DNA of 64,000 nt, from NCBI GenBank assembly GCA_028716665.1, contig JAQUPP010000001.1:349046-413045 (forward strand), written 5' to 3'. The notes beneath the pieces were generated by a model that saw only the letters and a program-made list of their open reading frames with translations, did no database searches and was not told where the DNA came from. Every line of letters begins with the position of its first letter. Position 1 is the stretch's first letter. A program made the position numbers and the translations under genes. Source of the DNA: Patescibacteria group bacterium (GTDB lineage: Bacteria > Patescibacteriota > Patescibacteriia > UBA2591 > JAQUPP01). Positions 1 through 10,047 of the stretch are shown here, in pieces.

Positions 1-3000
1 GTTGGTCATTCACAGGGCACATTTTACACCAATGAGTTATATAATTATCTGATAAACAATGGCATTCCTAAAGAATCAATCGCCGTGTACAATGTAGCCA
101 CACCGGCTGATTTCGTTGCGGGTAATGGTCTGTATCTTACCTCTCAAAACGATAAGGTTGTTAATAATGTTCGTAATGTCGCCAAAAACGTTAAGGCAAA
201 ACAACCACTTCCCCAAAACATTAACATTCCTTTAAACGAACAAAATGATCCCAAGGGTCATTCATTTAGCAGTGTTTATCTTAACAGTGCTCCTAAAAGA
301 ATAATATCAGAAATCAATAATGTTCTAAAAAATTTGGATAATACACAACAAGTAACCAACACTTCTGACTCCGGTTGTTTTAATTTACCGGATCAAAATT
401 TTTCTTATAAAACACAGAAATTAATTTATTTAGTTGCCGATCCTGTAAGCAATGGCATTGTAAAAGCAGGTGTTGTTACATACAATGGTGTTGCTTTTGC
501 CGGCAATGTTTTATCTACCGGCGTGGCGGTTGTTTTAGATCCGATTTTTAATCTTTTTCAGAAAAAAACCGTCGCCAATATTCATAATTTTCAAGCGTTG
601 ATTGGCGGAATTGGCCAATTATTTAATAGACAAGATGGAGATTCTCCATCATCGCTTCAAGAATTATCAGAACAACAATCTCAACAGCTCGAAGATGCTT
701 TAAATGAATTGCAAAATTCAAAAAATTTAATTACTGAACCGATTAATTCAGAAGAACAATCAGAATCATTAAACCAAGAAGATATTGAACAAAATCAAGA
801 ATTGGAAAAACCTCAAGAAGAAATAGAAAAAGATAAAGAACTGGAAGAAGAAAAAATACCCGAGTCACAATACTTTGCCAGCGACGTGGTGATTAATGAA
901 TTAATACCTAATCCAGCAGATGATCAGAACGAATTAATTGAATTATATAATCGTACTGATAAATCCATAGATTTAACTAACTGGACAATTGAAGATAATA
1001 CTGCTCATCCTAAAAATTTAAAAGGAAAAATTATTTCCAGCCATAGTTGGTTGGCGCTTAATGGAGGCAATGATTTTTCTTTTCAATTAAATAATTCAGG
1101 GGATACAACTATTTTAAAATATAACGGAAATTTAATTGATCAGATTGGTTATGGTGATTTTAATGATGGCAATATCCATGATAACCCTGATACACCCTCA
1201 AAAGGAGAATCTTTAATTCGTTATCCTGACGGTCAAGATAAAAATCAAGACGATCAGGATTTTTTAATCACCGCGACTCCAACTCCCGGTTTGGCTAATC
1301 TTTTTACTGAACAGGTGGTTCTAATTTCTAAAACACTAAACCCTGATAAGACGATTAATAATATTTCTTATCAGTCTTTCCAATCTCAAGACGTGGTAAT
1401 TAATGAAATTGCTTGGGCGGGCACTAAAGCCGACTCCACTGATGAATGGATCGAATTTTATAATAATTTGGACAAACCGATTAGTTTGGCCGGTTGGCGA
1501 TTAAAAGCGGCTGATGGCTCTCCGAATATATTATTAACAGGTGAAATTTCGGCTCACGGTTATTGGTTGTTGGAGAGAACAGATGATGAGGTAATTAAAA
1601 ATATTTCCGCCGATCAAATTTACAGCGGAGTATTAGAAGATTCCGGTGAAACCTTGGAATTAATTGATGGAAATGGTAATCGTATTGATTTTATCAATCA
1701 AGAAAATGGTTGGTTGGGCGGCGGCAACGAGACAAAAGCTTCAATGGAAAGAATTAATTCTACCCTAACAGGTGTTGATACTAATAATTGGCAAACCAAT
1801 AATGGACAAAATTTTTTATGGTTTGACGCCAAATATAATCAAATTTTAGGTACGCCTAAATATAAAAATAGCCAACAAGTTGTTAAAGCACAAGACCAAC
1901 ATGACAAATCTTATTTATCATATAAGGCGCTAGACGTGGTGATTAATGAGATTGATTGGACGGGAACCAAGGCGGACACCAATGACGAATGGATCGAACT
2001 TTATAATAATTTGGATCAAGAAATTGATTTATCCGGTTGGACATTAAAAGCCGAAGATGGTTCGCCTGATATTGTTCTCTCGGGTAAAATAGCGGGGAGG
2101 GATTTTTTTATTTTAGAAAGAACAGATGATGAAGCAATTAAAAATGTCACTGCTGATCAAATTTACAGCGGAGTTCTGGGAAATTCAGGGGAAGATTTGG
2201 AATTGAGAGATAAAAATAATAATTTAATTGACGAAGTTGATTGTACTGATGGTTGGTTTTTTGGCGATAATACCACTAAAGCGACAATGGAAAGGATAGA
2301 TTCTTTAGTTTCTGGTAGCTTAAAAGATAATTGGCAAACCGCTTATTTTCAGGATCAAACCGCTCAAGATACAAAAAATAATTTAATTTTTGGCAGTCCT
2401 AAAAATAAAAACACGGGAAAGCCAGAAGGGAATACTAAAGATACAATTCCGCCGGAAATTAAGTTAACTCAAAAACCGGCAACATCAACTAATTTGACTA
2501 TAGCTAATTTTGAGTTTTCTATTAACGAAGAGGGAAATTTTCTTTGTAAAATTGACGATCAAAATTTAGAATCTTGTTCGTCACCGAAAATTTATTCAAA
2601 TCTCGCCGAAGGAAATCACATTTTTTATATTAAAGCGGTTGATCAGGCAGATAATTTTTCAGAAATAACTTATTCTTGGACTATTGATTTAACCGGATTA
2701 ATTTCTTCTCCAACTACTTCTGGTATTTTTAATTTTTCAACTTGGCCTAATCAAATCAATGGAATCGCCTCGTCAAATGTCAGCTCTACTGATTTGTTGT
2801 TGGTAGAAGTTAAAATTCAAAATAAATCAGAAAATAAATATTTAGGTTATACTACTTCTACTATAGGTTGGATTGATGAACCGACCTGGCTGGAAACAGT
2901 TTTAAATGAAAATAACTGGCATTTTGATTTGCCGGTTTCTTTATTGACCGAATTACCAGATGGTTTATATTCTATTTCTTCTCAAGCTACTGATTTGGTT

Positions 3001-5688
3001 GGTAATATTCAAAATACAACTTCCACGACTGAATTTATTTTTGATTCTATTTCACCGGAAAAAATTAATAATTTAAAAACAGAGAATTTAGGCGGACTAA
3101 ATTTAAAACTTTCTTGGGATAAGGCTATTGATAATTTATCGGGAATAGATCATTATGAAGTCAATTGGGGGCACAATATTATATCTACGATTGCTAATCA
3201 TCTTGAATTAAATGTTGAGGACGGGGAAGAATGTAATTTCCAAGTTAGAGTAATAGATAGAGCAGGTAATTCAGGAGATTGGTCAGAACCGATTTCATAT
3301 TTTATTAAATTGCCTTCAGTGGTAATTAGTGAAGTTCAAATTACCGGTCAGACAGTTAACGATGAATTTATTGAACTTTATAATCCAACAGAAGCCCCAA
3401 TTGATTTAACTGGTTATATTTTAAAAAAGAAAACTAGTGGTGGTAGCGAAAGTAACTTGATAGTTAATAGTCGATTCGTAGATAAAATTATTCAGCCTAA
3501 AGGTTTCCTATTGTTGGTGCCAGAAGAAAATTATTTAGGATCAGTAACACCAGATATTCGTTGGCCTAAAAGTTATTCTTTAGCCCCAGCTAATACTTTA
3601 ATTCTTTATAATCCAGAAGAAAAAATTATTGATAAGGTTGGTTGGGGGCAAGCAATAGATTTTGAAACCGTTGCAGCGTCAGAGCCAATAGTAGCTAGTC
3701 AATCAATTGAAAGAAATAATTTTCAAGATACAGATAATAATTTTAATGATTTTATTGTTCAGGCGATTCCAAGTCCAATAAGCTCAAAAGGACTATGGTT
3801 AAACGGTTGGCAAAAAAGAAAATTATTAGTGATTGACAATACTCAAAATAATAATGATTTAATTGATTTCGAGATTAATATAGGGATTGACTATGAGTCC
3901 GAAATGAATCATGACTTTTCTGATATCCGTTTTACCGATTCTGATAAGACAACTCTTTTGAATTACGGTTGGGATATTAATGACGACGGCACTGACCAAA
4001 AACAAAATGAATATTCCGCTACGGCAGTAGTTAAAATTCCTTTTATCCCAAAACGCGCTCAAAAAATTATTTATCTTTATTATGATAATCCTTCAGCCTT
4101 ACCAGTCGCCAATTTAGAAACGACTCTTACTTGGTTTGATCATTTTACAACCGATAGAAGCAGTGAATATGAAAATTTTAATATTGAATGGGATACAACC
4201 GATTCAGCAATTTATGCTCATTATGGCTGGGCGGCAAAAATATATCCGAAAGATTTAAATATCAAAAATGCTTTAATTAAAACAAAATTTTATCAAAATG
4301 ACGGTGGTTATTTTGAGGATAGATATATGGGGCTTGAATATAGATATATAGATGATAATAATTTATTTAGGATAAGTGGTAGGTCAGAAATTAATTATGA
4401 TGATCCGCTGAGCAAGGGAATTAGGTGGGAGAAAATAATAAATGGAACTAAAACTTTAAAAAAATTAGATGACAACGCCGACGTTATTAGGAAAGAATGG
4501 CAAAACATTACAATATCTTCTTATGAAGGTGAACATAATATTCAATGGAAAAGTGCTAATTGGGATTTAAGTTGGTCTGATATTGAAAATCAACAAAATG
4601 TAGCCGGTAATATTGGTATTTGGTTTTGGAAATATAATCCTGGTGGTTGTCCAACTCCAAAAGCCGATTATTTTTATATTCGCCAAAATACAAAATCTTG
4701 GCCAACTGTTTTTGAGGTCGCAGAAAATTATCAGCCGATTATTTTAGGGAATACTCCATATTTAGAAATTCCGGGTTGGGAAAAAAGAAAAGAAATAATT
4801 ATTACTAATAATAATACTAAAGATTTAGTTAATTTTGAAGTCAACGTAAATATTTCTCATGATTCTGTAATGAATCCTGATTTTTCTGACATCCGTTTTA
4901 CCGATTCTGATAAGACAACTCTTTTGAATTACGGTTGGGATATTAATGACGACGGCACTGACCAAAAACAAAATGAATATTCCGCTACGGCAGTAGTTAA
5001 AATTCCTTTAATACCTGCTTCTTCTGAAACAAAAATTTATATGTATTATGGAAATAAATCTGCGTCGACTGTCGCCAATTTAGAAACCACTCTTACTTGG
5101 TTTGATCATTTTAAGACTGATAGAAGTAGTGAATATGAGGTTTTTAATATGCTTTGGAATACTTCTAATTCACAAATTGTTTCTCATTATGGTTGGGCTA
5201 ATTCAATATATCCTAAAAATTTAAACATTAAAGACGCAATTATTAAAACGTATTATCAATTAGGTGGCGGGGGTCAATTTGAAGATAGACAAATAGGGCT
5301 TCAATATCGTTATACAGATGATAATAATTTTTGGAGAATTTATGGTGAAGGTCCGAGAAATTATAATCCACCAGAAAAAGGAATATATTGGAAAAGGGTA
5401 ATAAGTGGGAGCTATACTATAAAAAATTCAGATATTAGTCAGTGGTTCTCACAATCACAATGGCATAATTTAAAAATAACTCTTTTAGATATTAATCATC
5501 ACATAGAATGGTTAGGGGAAACTATAAATGAAAATTGGTCAGATATTGATACTTATCAGAATGTGGCGGGCAGGGTAATGATTTGGTTTGGAAAATTAAT
5601 TCCAGGAGGATGCCCGGATGCTTATGCGGATTATTTTTATATCCGCCAAAATGCGTCAGTAATGCCAACAGTAAGTTTTGAAGAATAA
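1..5688 (+). CDS. Giant surface/secreted multidomain protein, 5'-truncated: alpha/beta-hydrolase-like N-terminal part, acidic linker, 4 lamin-tail domains, Ig/FN3-like domains, 2 DUF2341+lectin-like modules
   Basis: Frame 1 is open from base 1 (VGHSQGTFYTNELYNYL...) into the 85..5688 ORF, so the true start lies upstream. LTD starts VVINE/VVISE..DE(W/F)IELYN occur at ~886, 1393, 1936 and 3319. An Ig-like segment reads DTIPP..EGNHIFYIKAVDQADN. DUF2341 motifs W.KRK.I.I.N..DFSDIRFTDSD..IY.YY start at ~3800 and ~4770. Confidence 0.8.
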   Translation, partial: VGHSQGTFYTNELYNYLINNGIPKESIAVYNVATPADFVAGNGLYLTSQNDKVVNNVRNVAKNVKAKQPLPQNINIPLNEQNDPKGHSFSSVYLNSAPKRIISEINNVLKNLDNTQQVTNTSDSGCFNLPDQNFSYKTQKLIYLVADPVSNGIVKAGVVTYNGVAFAGNVLSTGVAVVLDPIFNLFQKKTVANIHNFQALIGGIGQLFNRQDGDSPSSLQELSEQQSQQLEDALNELQNSKNLITEPINSEEQSESLNQEDIEQNQELEKPQEEIEKDKELEEEKIPESQYFASDVVINELIPNPADDQNELIELYNRTDKSIDLTNWTIEDNTAHPKNLKGKIISSHSWLALNGGNDFSFQLNNSGDTTILKYNGNLIDQIGYGDFNDGNIHDNPDTPSKGESLIRYPDGQDKNQDDQDFLITATPTPGLANLFTEQVVLISKTLNPDKTINNISYQSFQSQDVVINEIAWAGTKADSTDEWIEFYNNLDKPISLAGWRLKAADGSPNILLTGEISAHGYWLLERTDDEVIKNISADQIYSGVLEDSGETLELIDGNGNRIDFINQENGWLGGGNETKASMERINSTLTGVDTNNWQTNNGQNFLWFDAKYNQILGTPKYKNSQQVVKAQDQHDKSYLSYKALDVVINEIDWTGTKADTNDEWIELYNNLDQEIDLSGWTLKAEDGSPDIVLSGKIAGRDFFILERTDDEAIKNVTADQIYSGVLGNSGEDLELRDKNNNLIDEVDCTDGWFFGDNTTKATMERIDSLVSGSLKDNWQTAYFQDQTAQDTKNNLIFGSPKNKNTGKPEGNTKDTIPPEIKLTQKPATSTNLTIANFEFSINEEGNFLCKIDDQNLESCSSPKIYSNLAEGNHIFYIKAVDQADNFSEITYSWTIDLTGLISSPTTSGIFNFSTWPNQINGIASSNVSSTDLLLVEVKIQNKSENKYLGYTTSTIGWIDEPTWLETVLNENNWHFDLPVSLLTELPDGLYSISSQATDLVGNIQNTTSTTEFIFDSISPEKINNLKTENLGGLNLKLSWDKAIDNLSGIDHYEVNWGHNIISTIANHLELNVEDGEECNFQVRVIDRAGNSGDWSEPISYFIKLPSVVISEVQITGQTVNDEFIELYNPTEAPIDLTGYILKKKTSGGSESNLIVNSRFVDKIIQPKGFLLLVPEENYLGSVTPDIRWPKSYSLAPANTLILYNPEEKIIDKVGWGQAIDFETVAASEPIVASQSIERNNFQDTDNNFNDFIVQAIPSPISSKGLWLNGWQKRKLLVIDNTQNNNDLIDFEINIGIDYESEMNHDFSDIRFTDSDKTTLLNYGWDINDDGTDQKQNEYSATAVVKIPFIPKRAQKIIYLYYDNPSALPVANLETTLTWFDHFTTDRSSEYENFNIEWDTTDSAIYAHYGWAAKIYPKDLNIKNALIKTKFYQNDGGYFEDRYMGLEYRYIDDNNLFRISGRSEINYDDPLSKGIRWEKIINGTKTLKKLDDNADVIRKEWQNITISSYEGEHNIQWKSANWDLSWSDIENQQNVAGNIGIWFWKYNPGGCPTPKADYFYIRQNTKSWPTVFEVAENYQPIILGNTPYLEIPGWEKRKEIIITNNNTKDLVNFEVNVNISHDSVMNPDFSDIRFTDSDKTTLLNYGWDINDDGTDQKQNEYSATAVVKIPLIPASSETKIYMYYGNKSASTVANLETTLTWFDHFKTDRSSEYEVFNMLWNTSNSQIVSHYGWANSIYPKNLNIKDAIIKTYYQLGGGGQFEDRQIGLQYRYTDDNNFWRIYGEGPRNYNPPEKGIYWKRVISGSYTIKNSDISQWFSQSQWHNLKITLLDINHHIEWLGETINENWSDIDTYQNVAGRVMIWFGKLIPGGCPDAYADYFYIRQNASVMPTVSFEE
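3925..5009 (+). repeat. 119-bp exact direct repeat (3925-4043 = 4891-5009) within the duplicated DUF2341 modules
   Basis: Base-by-base comparison shows atccgttttaccgattctgataag...gtagttaaaattccttt is identical in both copies. The offset is 966 nt (322 codons). Confidence 0.9.
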
Positions 5689-5701
5689 ATTTTACCACAT
5701 C

Positions 5702-5730
5702 TTGTTCAAAAAGGCGGAATGCTGTAAAAT
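5702..5730 (+). promoter_or_regulatory. Putative sigma70 promoter
   Basis: TTGTTC-17 nt-TAAAAT just after the stop of the surface protein gene. Confidence 0.45.
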
Positions 5731-5748
5731 TGAGATAGAGTAAATATC

Positions 5749-5778
5749 ATTCATTCTAGACGGCTGTCTAGAATGAAT
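5749..5778. other. Perfect 13-bp stem-loop (terminator, leader structure or operator)
   Basis: ATTCATTCTAGAC-ggct-GTCTAGAATGAAT, with no clear U-tract. Confidence 0.6.
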
Positions 5779-5823
5779 TAGTGATTATTTTAGATTATTC
5801 TCTGTTTATTATTAAATGAAAAC

Positions 5824-7470
5824 ATGTTAAGGAATAGAGCGGGGAGAGAGTTAGGTCTCTCCCACTATATAATCTTACTCGCTCGGAAATTCAAAAATTT
5901 CATTTTTGATTTCCTTACTCGCTTCGATTATAAAAAAATATTTTTAGCCGGCATTATTTTGATTTTTGCCATTTTTCTGTTTTTAAGATTTTATAATTTA
6001 TTGGCTCTGCCCATTTTTAATGACGAGGCGATTTATTTAAATTGGGCCAAAGACATTCATTCTAATTGGTCGGAAAATAAATTTACTTCTCTTGTGAGTA
6101 TTGGCGGAAAGCCACCACTGCACTATTGGATTTTAGCCATGGGTTATCATTGGTTTAGGGATCCGCTTTATTCCGGTCGATTTATCTCCATTCTTGCGGC
6201 TATTTTGAGTTTTTGGGGCGTATTTTTGCTGACACAGAAGATTTTTCATTCAAAATTAACCACCCTAATCGCTCTCAGTCTTTACACTTTTTGTCCGTTT
6301 GTTTTGCTTTATGAAAGGATGGCTCTGGCGGATGTTTTTATTTCCATGATTGTGATTTATATTTTTTATTTCAGTTGGCTGATTCTTTTAGAAATAGAAA
6401 AAAATAAAAGACCCCAAAATTTGCAATGGATTTGGCTGGTAATAATTTTGGGGCTTCTTTTTACTCTAGGCCGTTTGTTTAAACAAACGATTTTTATTTT
6501 TATTTTAGTCATGGGATTAATCTTGCTTTGGAGTATTTTAAAAAATAAATTTCAATTTAAAAAAACTTTTTTTCTTGCTTTAGAATTTATTTTGGCTTAT
6601 GCGTTAAGTGAACTGATTTGCCGTTTAATTATTCCGACTAAACTTTTAGCCGGAAGTAATTTTCTTACCAGTTTTTTTATTTTTAATTTTAAAGAATTCT
6701 CAGGATCATTTTTAGACGGTTGGTTTAAAAACTTGAGAATAATAGGAGAAGTTTTTATCAAATATTTTACATGGCCGATTTTAGCAGTTTTTATAATCGG
6801 CTGTTTTAGAAATAAATTTTGGCGAGAATTGAAAATTCAATGGCTGATATTTTTAATTTTTTTGCCTTTGATAATTTTTATTTTAATATCCAATATTTTT
6901 TATCCGCGTTATTTTCTTTTTATTGCGCCATTTTTAATTATTTTAATCGCTTTTTTCATCGCCAACCTCGGACAAGATTTGGCAAGATTTAGATATTTCA
7001 AGACAACTGTTTGTTTATTGCTTTTTCTATTAATTCTTTTGCCGTCTTTTTATCAAGATTATCAACTTTTAAAAAATCCGTTAAAATTTAATTGGGCTAA
7101 AATTGATGATGACTTTGTTAATCAGTGGAGCTCGGGCTATGCCATAACCAATGTGGGCGATTATTTGGTCAAAAATAGTACAAACGATCAACTTATTTTT
7201 TTGGACACATCTTTGGGTTATCCATTTGCTTATTTATATTTATACGAAGAAAAATTGCCCCATTTAAAGTTGGCTCAAATAAATTTTAATTTGGCCGAAT
7301 ATGTAGAAATTGCCCGAAAAACAGAATCTGTTAAACCGATTTTTATTTTATTAAATCCTGATCGGCGGCCAGAAGATAGAGAATTTGAAAAAAGCGATAT
7401 CTGTCAAAATCAAAAAAAATTTTACCAACCGAATAATATTAGTCACTACACACTTTGTTTCATTGATTGA
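5824..7470 (+). CDS. GT-C fold membrane glycosyltransferase (PMT/ArnT-like); start uncertain
   Basis: Multi-TM protein with LPIFNDEAIY (DE motif in the first loop), KPPL..W, YERMALAD and YPRY motifs. Confidence 0.8.
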   Translation: MLRNRAGRELGLSHYIILLARKFKNFIFDFLTRFDYKKIFLAGIILIFAIFLFLRFYNLLALPIFNDEAIYLNWAKDIHSNWSENKFTSLVSIGGKPPLHYWILAMGYHWFRDPLYSGRFISILAAILSFWGVFLLTQKIFHSKLTTLIALSLYTFCPFVLLYERMALADVFISMIVIYIFYFSWLILLEIEKNKRPQNLQWIWLVIILGLLFTLGRLFKQTIFIFILVMGLILLWSILKNKFQFKKTFFLALEFILAYALSELICRLIIPTKLLAGSNFLTSFFIFNFKEFSGSFLDGWFKNLRIIGEVFIKYFTWPILAVFIIGCFRNKFWRELKIQWLIFLIFLPLIIFILISNIFYPRYFLFIAPFLIILIAFFIANLGQDLARFRYFKTTVCLLLFLLILLPSFYQDYQLLKNPLKFNWAKIDDDFVNQWSSGYAITNVGDYLVKNSTNDQLIFLDTSLGYPFAYLYLYEEKLPHLKLAQINFNLAEYVEIARKTESVKPIFILLNPDRRPEDREFEKSDICQNQKKFYQPNNISHYTLCFID

Positions 7471-7509
7471 AAAATAATTTATGGTTTTTGAAAGTGTAGG
7501 ATAAACAAC

Positions 7510-7538
7510 TGGCAATTTAATAGCTTTTGTGGTATAAT
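7510..7538 (+). promoter_or_regulatory. Putative extended -10 promoter of ftsK
   Basis: TGGCAA-17 nt-TATAAT with TG-n before the -10. It implies a start at ATG 7549 rather than 7540. Confidence 0.55.
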
Positions 7539-7539
7539 A

Positions 7540-9651
7540 ATGAGTAATATGAAGAAAAAAGAACTGAAGAAATCAAAAGAAAAACTTAATTTTTCATCTT
7601 TATCGCCGACGCGTCGGCTGGTTTTGGCCATAGTTTTGTTTACTTTGGCCATTATTTTATTATTGGGATTATGCGGTTTAGCCGGAGTGGCGGGCGAACT
7701 CTTGTCTGTCGGCCTTAAAATTATCTTGGGCTGGGCGAGTTGGACAATTCCAATTGCTTTGGCGATTGTCGGAATAATGTGCCTTAATCATGAAAAAATT
7801 CAGGAGATTTATCCTAAAAGACCTTTTGGGATAAGATTGGCCGGATTATTTTTCTCAGTTATTATGTTGGCGGCCATTTTTCATATTCATTTTGTGGATA
7901 ATAAATTAGCCCTTGCGGCCTACAAAGGAGGCGGATATATCGGTTATGGAATAGGTTATGTGATTGTTAACACATTTGGAATTTGGGCGAGCTGGGTGAT
8001 TTTCGTCTGCGCTTTCGCAATTGGCGGAATTATCGCTTTTTCAAATTTAAAGAAAAAATTATCAAAAGAAGAATTGGAAGCGGAAGCGGAAAAAAAGAAA
8101 GAAAATCTTGCTCAGGCGGGTTTTCAAAGTTTGAAGGCGATTCTGGCCAAAAAAGATAAATTGGTTTTAAAACCTGATAATGAAAAAAATAAAATTTTAG
8201 AAAAAACTGAAGACAATTTAAAATTGTCCAAAGGAATTGCCGGTTTTGGTTCAACAAAAATTCGTCCCAAGATTGAACTGCCTTTGGATTTATTGGATTC
8301 CAGTTCTGAGAAACCCAATTCAGGGGATATAAAAAATAATAAATTGATTATTCAAAAAACTTTGGAAAGTTTTGGCATTCCGGTGGAAATGGGAGAAGTG
8401 AAAACCGGTCCGACGGTCACTCAATATACTTTAAAACCGGCTGATGGCGTAAAAATTTCGCAAATTACGGGCTTGCAGAATGATTTGGCTTTGGCCCTAG
8501 CCGCTCATCCGATTAGAATTGAAGCGCCGATTCCGGGTCAATCTTTGGTTGGAATTGAAATACCGAACAAGCAAAAAGCAGTTGTCAGATTAAGAGAAGT
8601 TTTTGAGAGCGCTGAGTTTAGAAAAAATAAAACGAATTTATCGTTAGCCATAGGCAAAGATGTGGCGGGCGATATATGGTTTGGAGACTTGGGAAAAATG
8701 CCGCACTTGTTGGTGGCCGGTTCAACCGGAAGCGGAAAAACCGTAATGCTTAATTCGGTTATCGTAAATTTGATTTATCAAAATACTCCCGAAGATTTGA
8801 AATTTATTTTCATTGATCCAAAAAGAGTGGAACTTACTTTATATAATGACTTGCCTCATTTGTTGACGCCGGTTATCACCGATGTTAATAAAACCATTAA
8901 CGCTTTAAAATGGTCAATCAAAGAAATGGAGCGACGTTTTGAAGTGATGAGTCAGGCTCAAAAAAGAGATATCTTTGCTTACAATAAAGATGCCAAAACA
9001 AAAATGCCGTTTATCGTGGTGGTGATTGACGAATTGGCTGATTTAATGATCACTTCGCCACAGGAAGTCGAAGCTTGCATTATCAGGCTGTCTCAGATGG
9101 CCAGGGCGACCGGAATTCACTTAATAATGGCCACCCAGCGTCCGTCAGTGGATATTATCACCGGTTTGATCAAGGCCAATATTACTTCCAGAATAGCTTT
9201 CTCAGTGGCCTCAATGACTGATTCAAGAACAATTTTGGATTTCTCAGGCGCGGAAAAATTATTGGGCCGCGGCGACATGTTGTTTATTTCATCGGAATTA
9301 TCCAAACCAAAAAGATTGCAAGGTGCTTATGTCTCAGATGAAGAAATCAAAAGAATTGTTGAATATTTAAGAAATGTCGCCAAACCGGAATATCAAGATG
9401 AAATTGTTGCGCCTCCGCAAAACGAATCGGGAAATAATTTAAGCGATTTAGTGGAAGATGAAATGCTGTCAGACGCCAGAGAAGTGGTTATTCAAGCCGG
9501 CAAGGCCTCTGCTTCGCTTTTACAAAGAAGATTGAGAATCGGTTATGCCAGAGCGGCGAGATTATTGGATTTATTGGAAGAAGAAGAAACAATCGGACCC
9601 GGTGAAGGAGCCAAGCCGAGAGATGTTTACAAGAAAATGCCTAATGACTAA
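7540..9651 (+). CDS. ftsK: DNA translocase FtsK/SpoIIIE
   Basis: N-terminal TM helices, PHLLVAGSTGSGKT Walker A, IDELADLM, ATQRPS, and the gamma domain LQRRLRIGYARAARL. Confidence 0.97.
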   Translation: MSNMKKKELKKSKEKLNFSSLSPTRRLVLAIVLFTLAIILLLGLCGLAGVAGELLSVGLKIILGWASWTIPIALAIVGIMCLNHEKIQEIYPKRPFGIRLAGLFFSVIMLAAIFHIHFVDNKLALAAYKGGGYIGYGIGYVIVNTFGIWASWVIFVCAFAIGGIIAFSNLKKKLSKEELEAEAEKKKENLAQAGFQSLKAILAKKDKLVLKPDNEKNKILEKTEDNLKLSKGIAGFGSTKIRPKIELPLDLLDSSSEKPNSGDIKNNKLIIQKTLESFGIPVEMGEVKTGPTVTQYTLKPADGVKISQITGLQNDLALALAAHPIRIEAPIPGQSLVGIEIPNKQKAVVRLREVFESAEFRKNKTNLSLAIGKDVAGDIWFGDLGKMPHLLVAGSTGSGKTVMLNSVIVNLIYQNTPEDLKFIFIDPKRVELTLYNDLPHLLTPVITDVNKTINALKWSIKEMERRFEVMSQAQKRDIFAYNKDAKTKMPFIVVVIDELADLMITSPQEVEACIIRLSQMARATGIHLIMATQRPSVDIITGLIKANITSRIAFSVASMTDSRTILDFSGAEKLLGRGDMLFISSELSKPKRLQGAYVSDEEIKRIVEYLRNVAKPEYQDEIVAPPQNESGNNLSDLVEDEMLSDAREVVIQAGKASASLLQRRLRIGYARAARLLDLLEEEETIGPGEGAKPRDVYKKMPND

Positions 9652-9690
9652 TTTCTAATTTCTAATCAAATCCCAATAACTAATGTTCAA
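9636..9690. repeat. Left arm: AATnnCT heptad array, inverted partner of 10046-10097
   Basis: AATGCCT AATGACT AATTTCT AATTTCT AATCA AATCCC AATAACT AATGTTC. Bases 9655-9669 are the exact reverse complement of 10063-10077. Confidence 0.75.
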
Positions 9691-10047
9691 ATGGCTAAAA
9701 ACAAATACGATTTAGAAGAAAGAACAGCAAAATTTGGCGAAGAAATCATTAAGTTTGCTAAGAAAATTCCAGAAAATGCGGTTAATAAACCTTTAATACC
9801 GCAATTAGTTAGAGCAGGAACTAGCGTAGGAGCAAATTATTGTGAAGCTGATAATGCTGAATCTAAAAAGGATTTTAAACACAAAATTGGAATTTGCAAA
9901 AAAGAATCAAGAGAAACCAAACATTGGTTGAGAATAATAGTTATTGCTGCGCCCGAACTAAAGGAAGAGGCAAGAATTTTATGGCAAGAAGCAAAAGAAT
10001 TAAATTTGATTTTTAATGCCATTGTTCATTCAATAAACAATAAATGA
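9691..10047 (+). CDS. Four-helix-bundle protein (23S rRNA IVS protein / Avd-like family)
   Basis: DLEERT..F, QLVRAGTSVGANYCEA..AES.KDF.HK..I.KKE.RET.HWL and EA.EL..IF.AI are typical of the family. Confidence 0.9.
   Translation: MAKNKYDLEERTAKFGEEIIKFAKKIPENAVNKPLIPQLVRAGTSVGANYCEADNAESKKDFKHKIGICKKESRETKHWLRIIVIAAPELKEEARILWQEAKELNLIFNAIVHSINNK

Noticed and set aside
3793-5688. Diversity-generating retroelement (repeat pair in a lectin-like C-terminus plus an Avd-like gene nearby)
   Set aside because: No reverse transcriptase is present in the window. Both repeat copies are coding and in frame, the shared patch is fully identical, and the flanking differences include indels and all bases rather than being adenine-specific.
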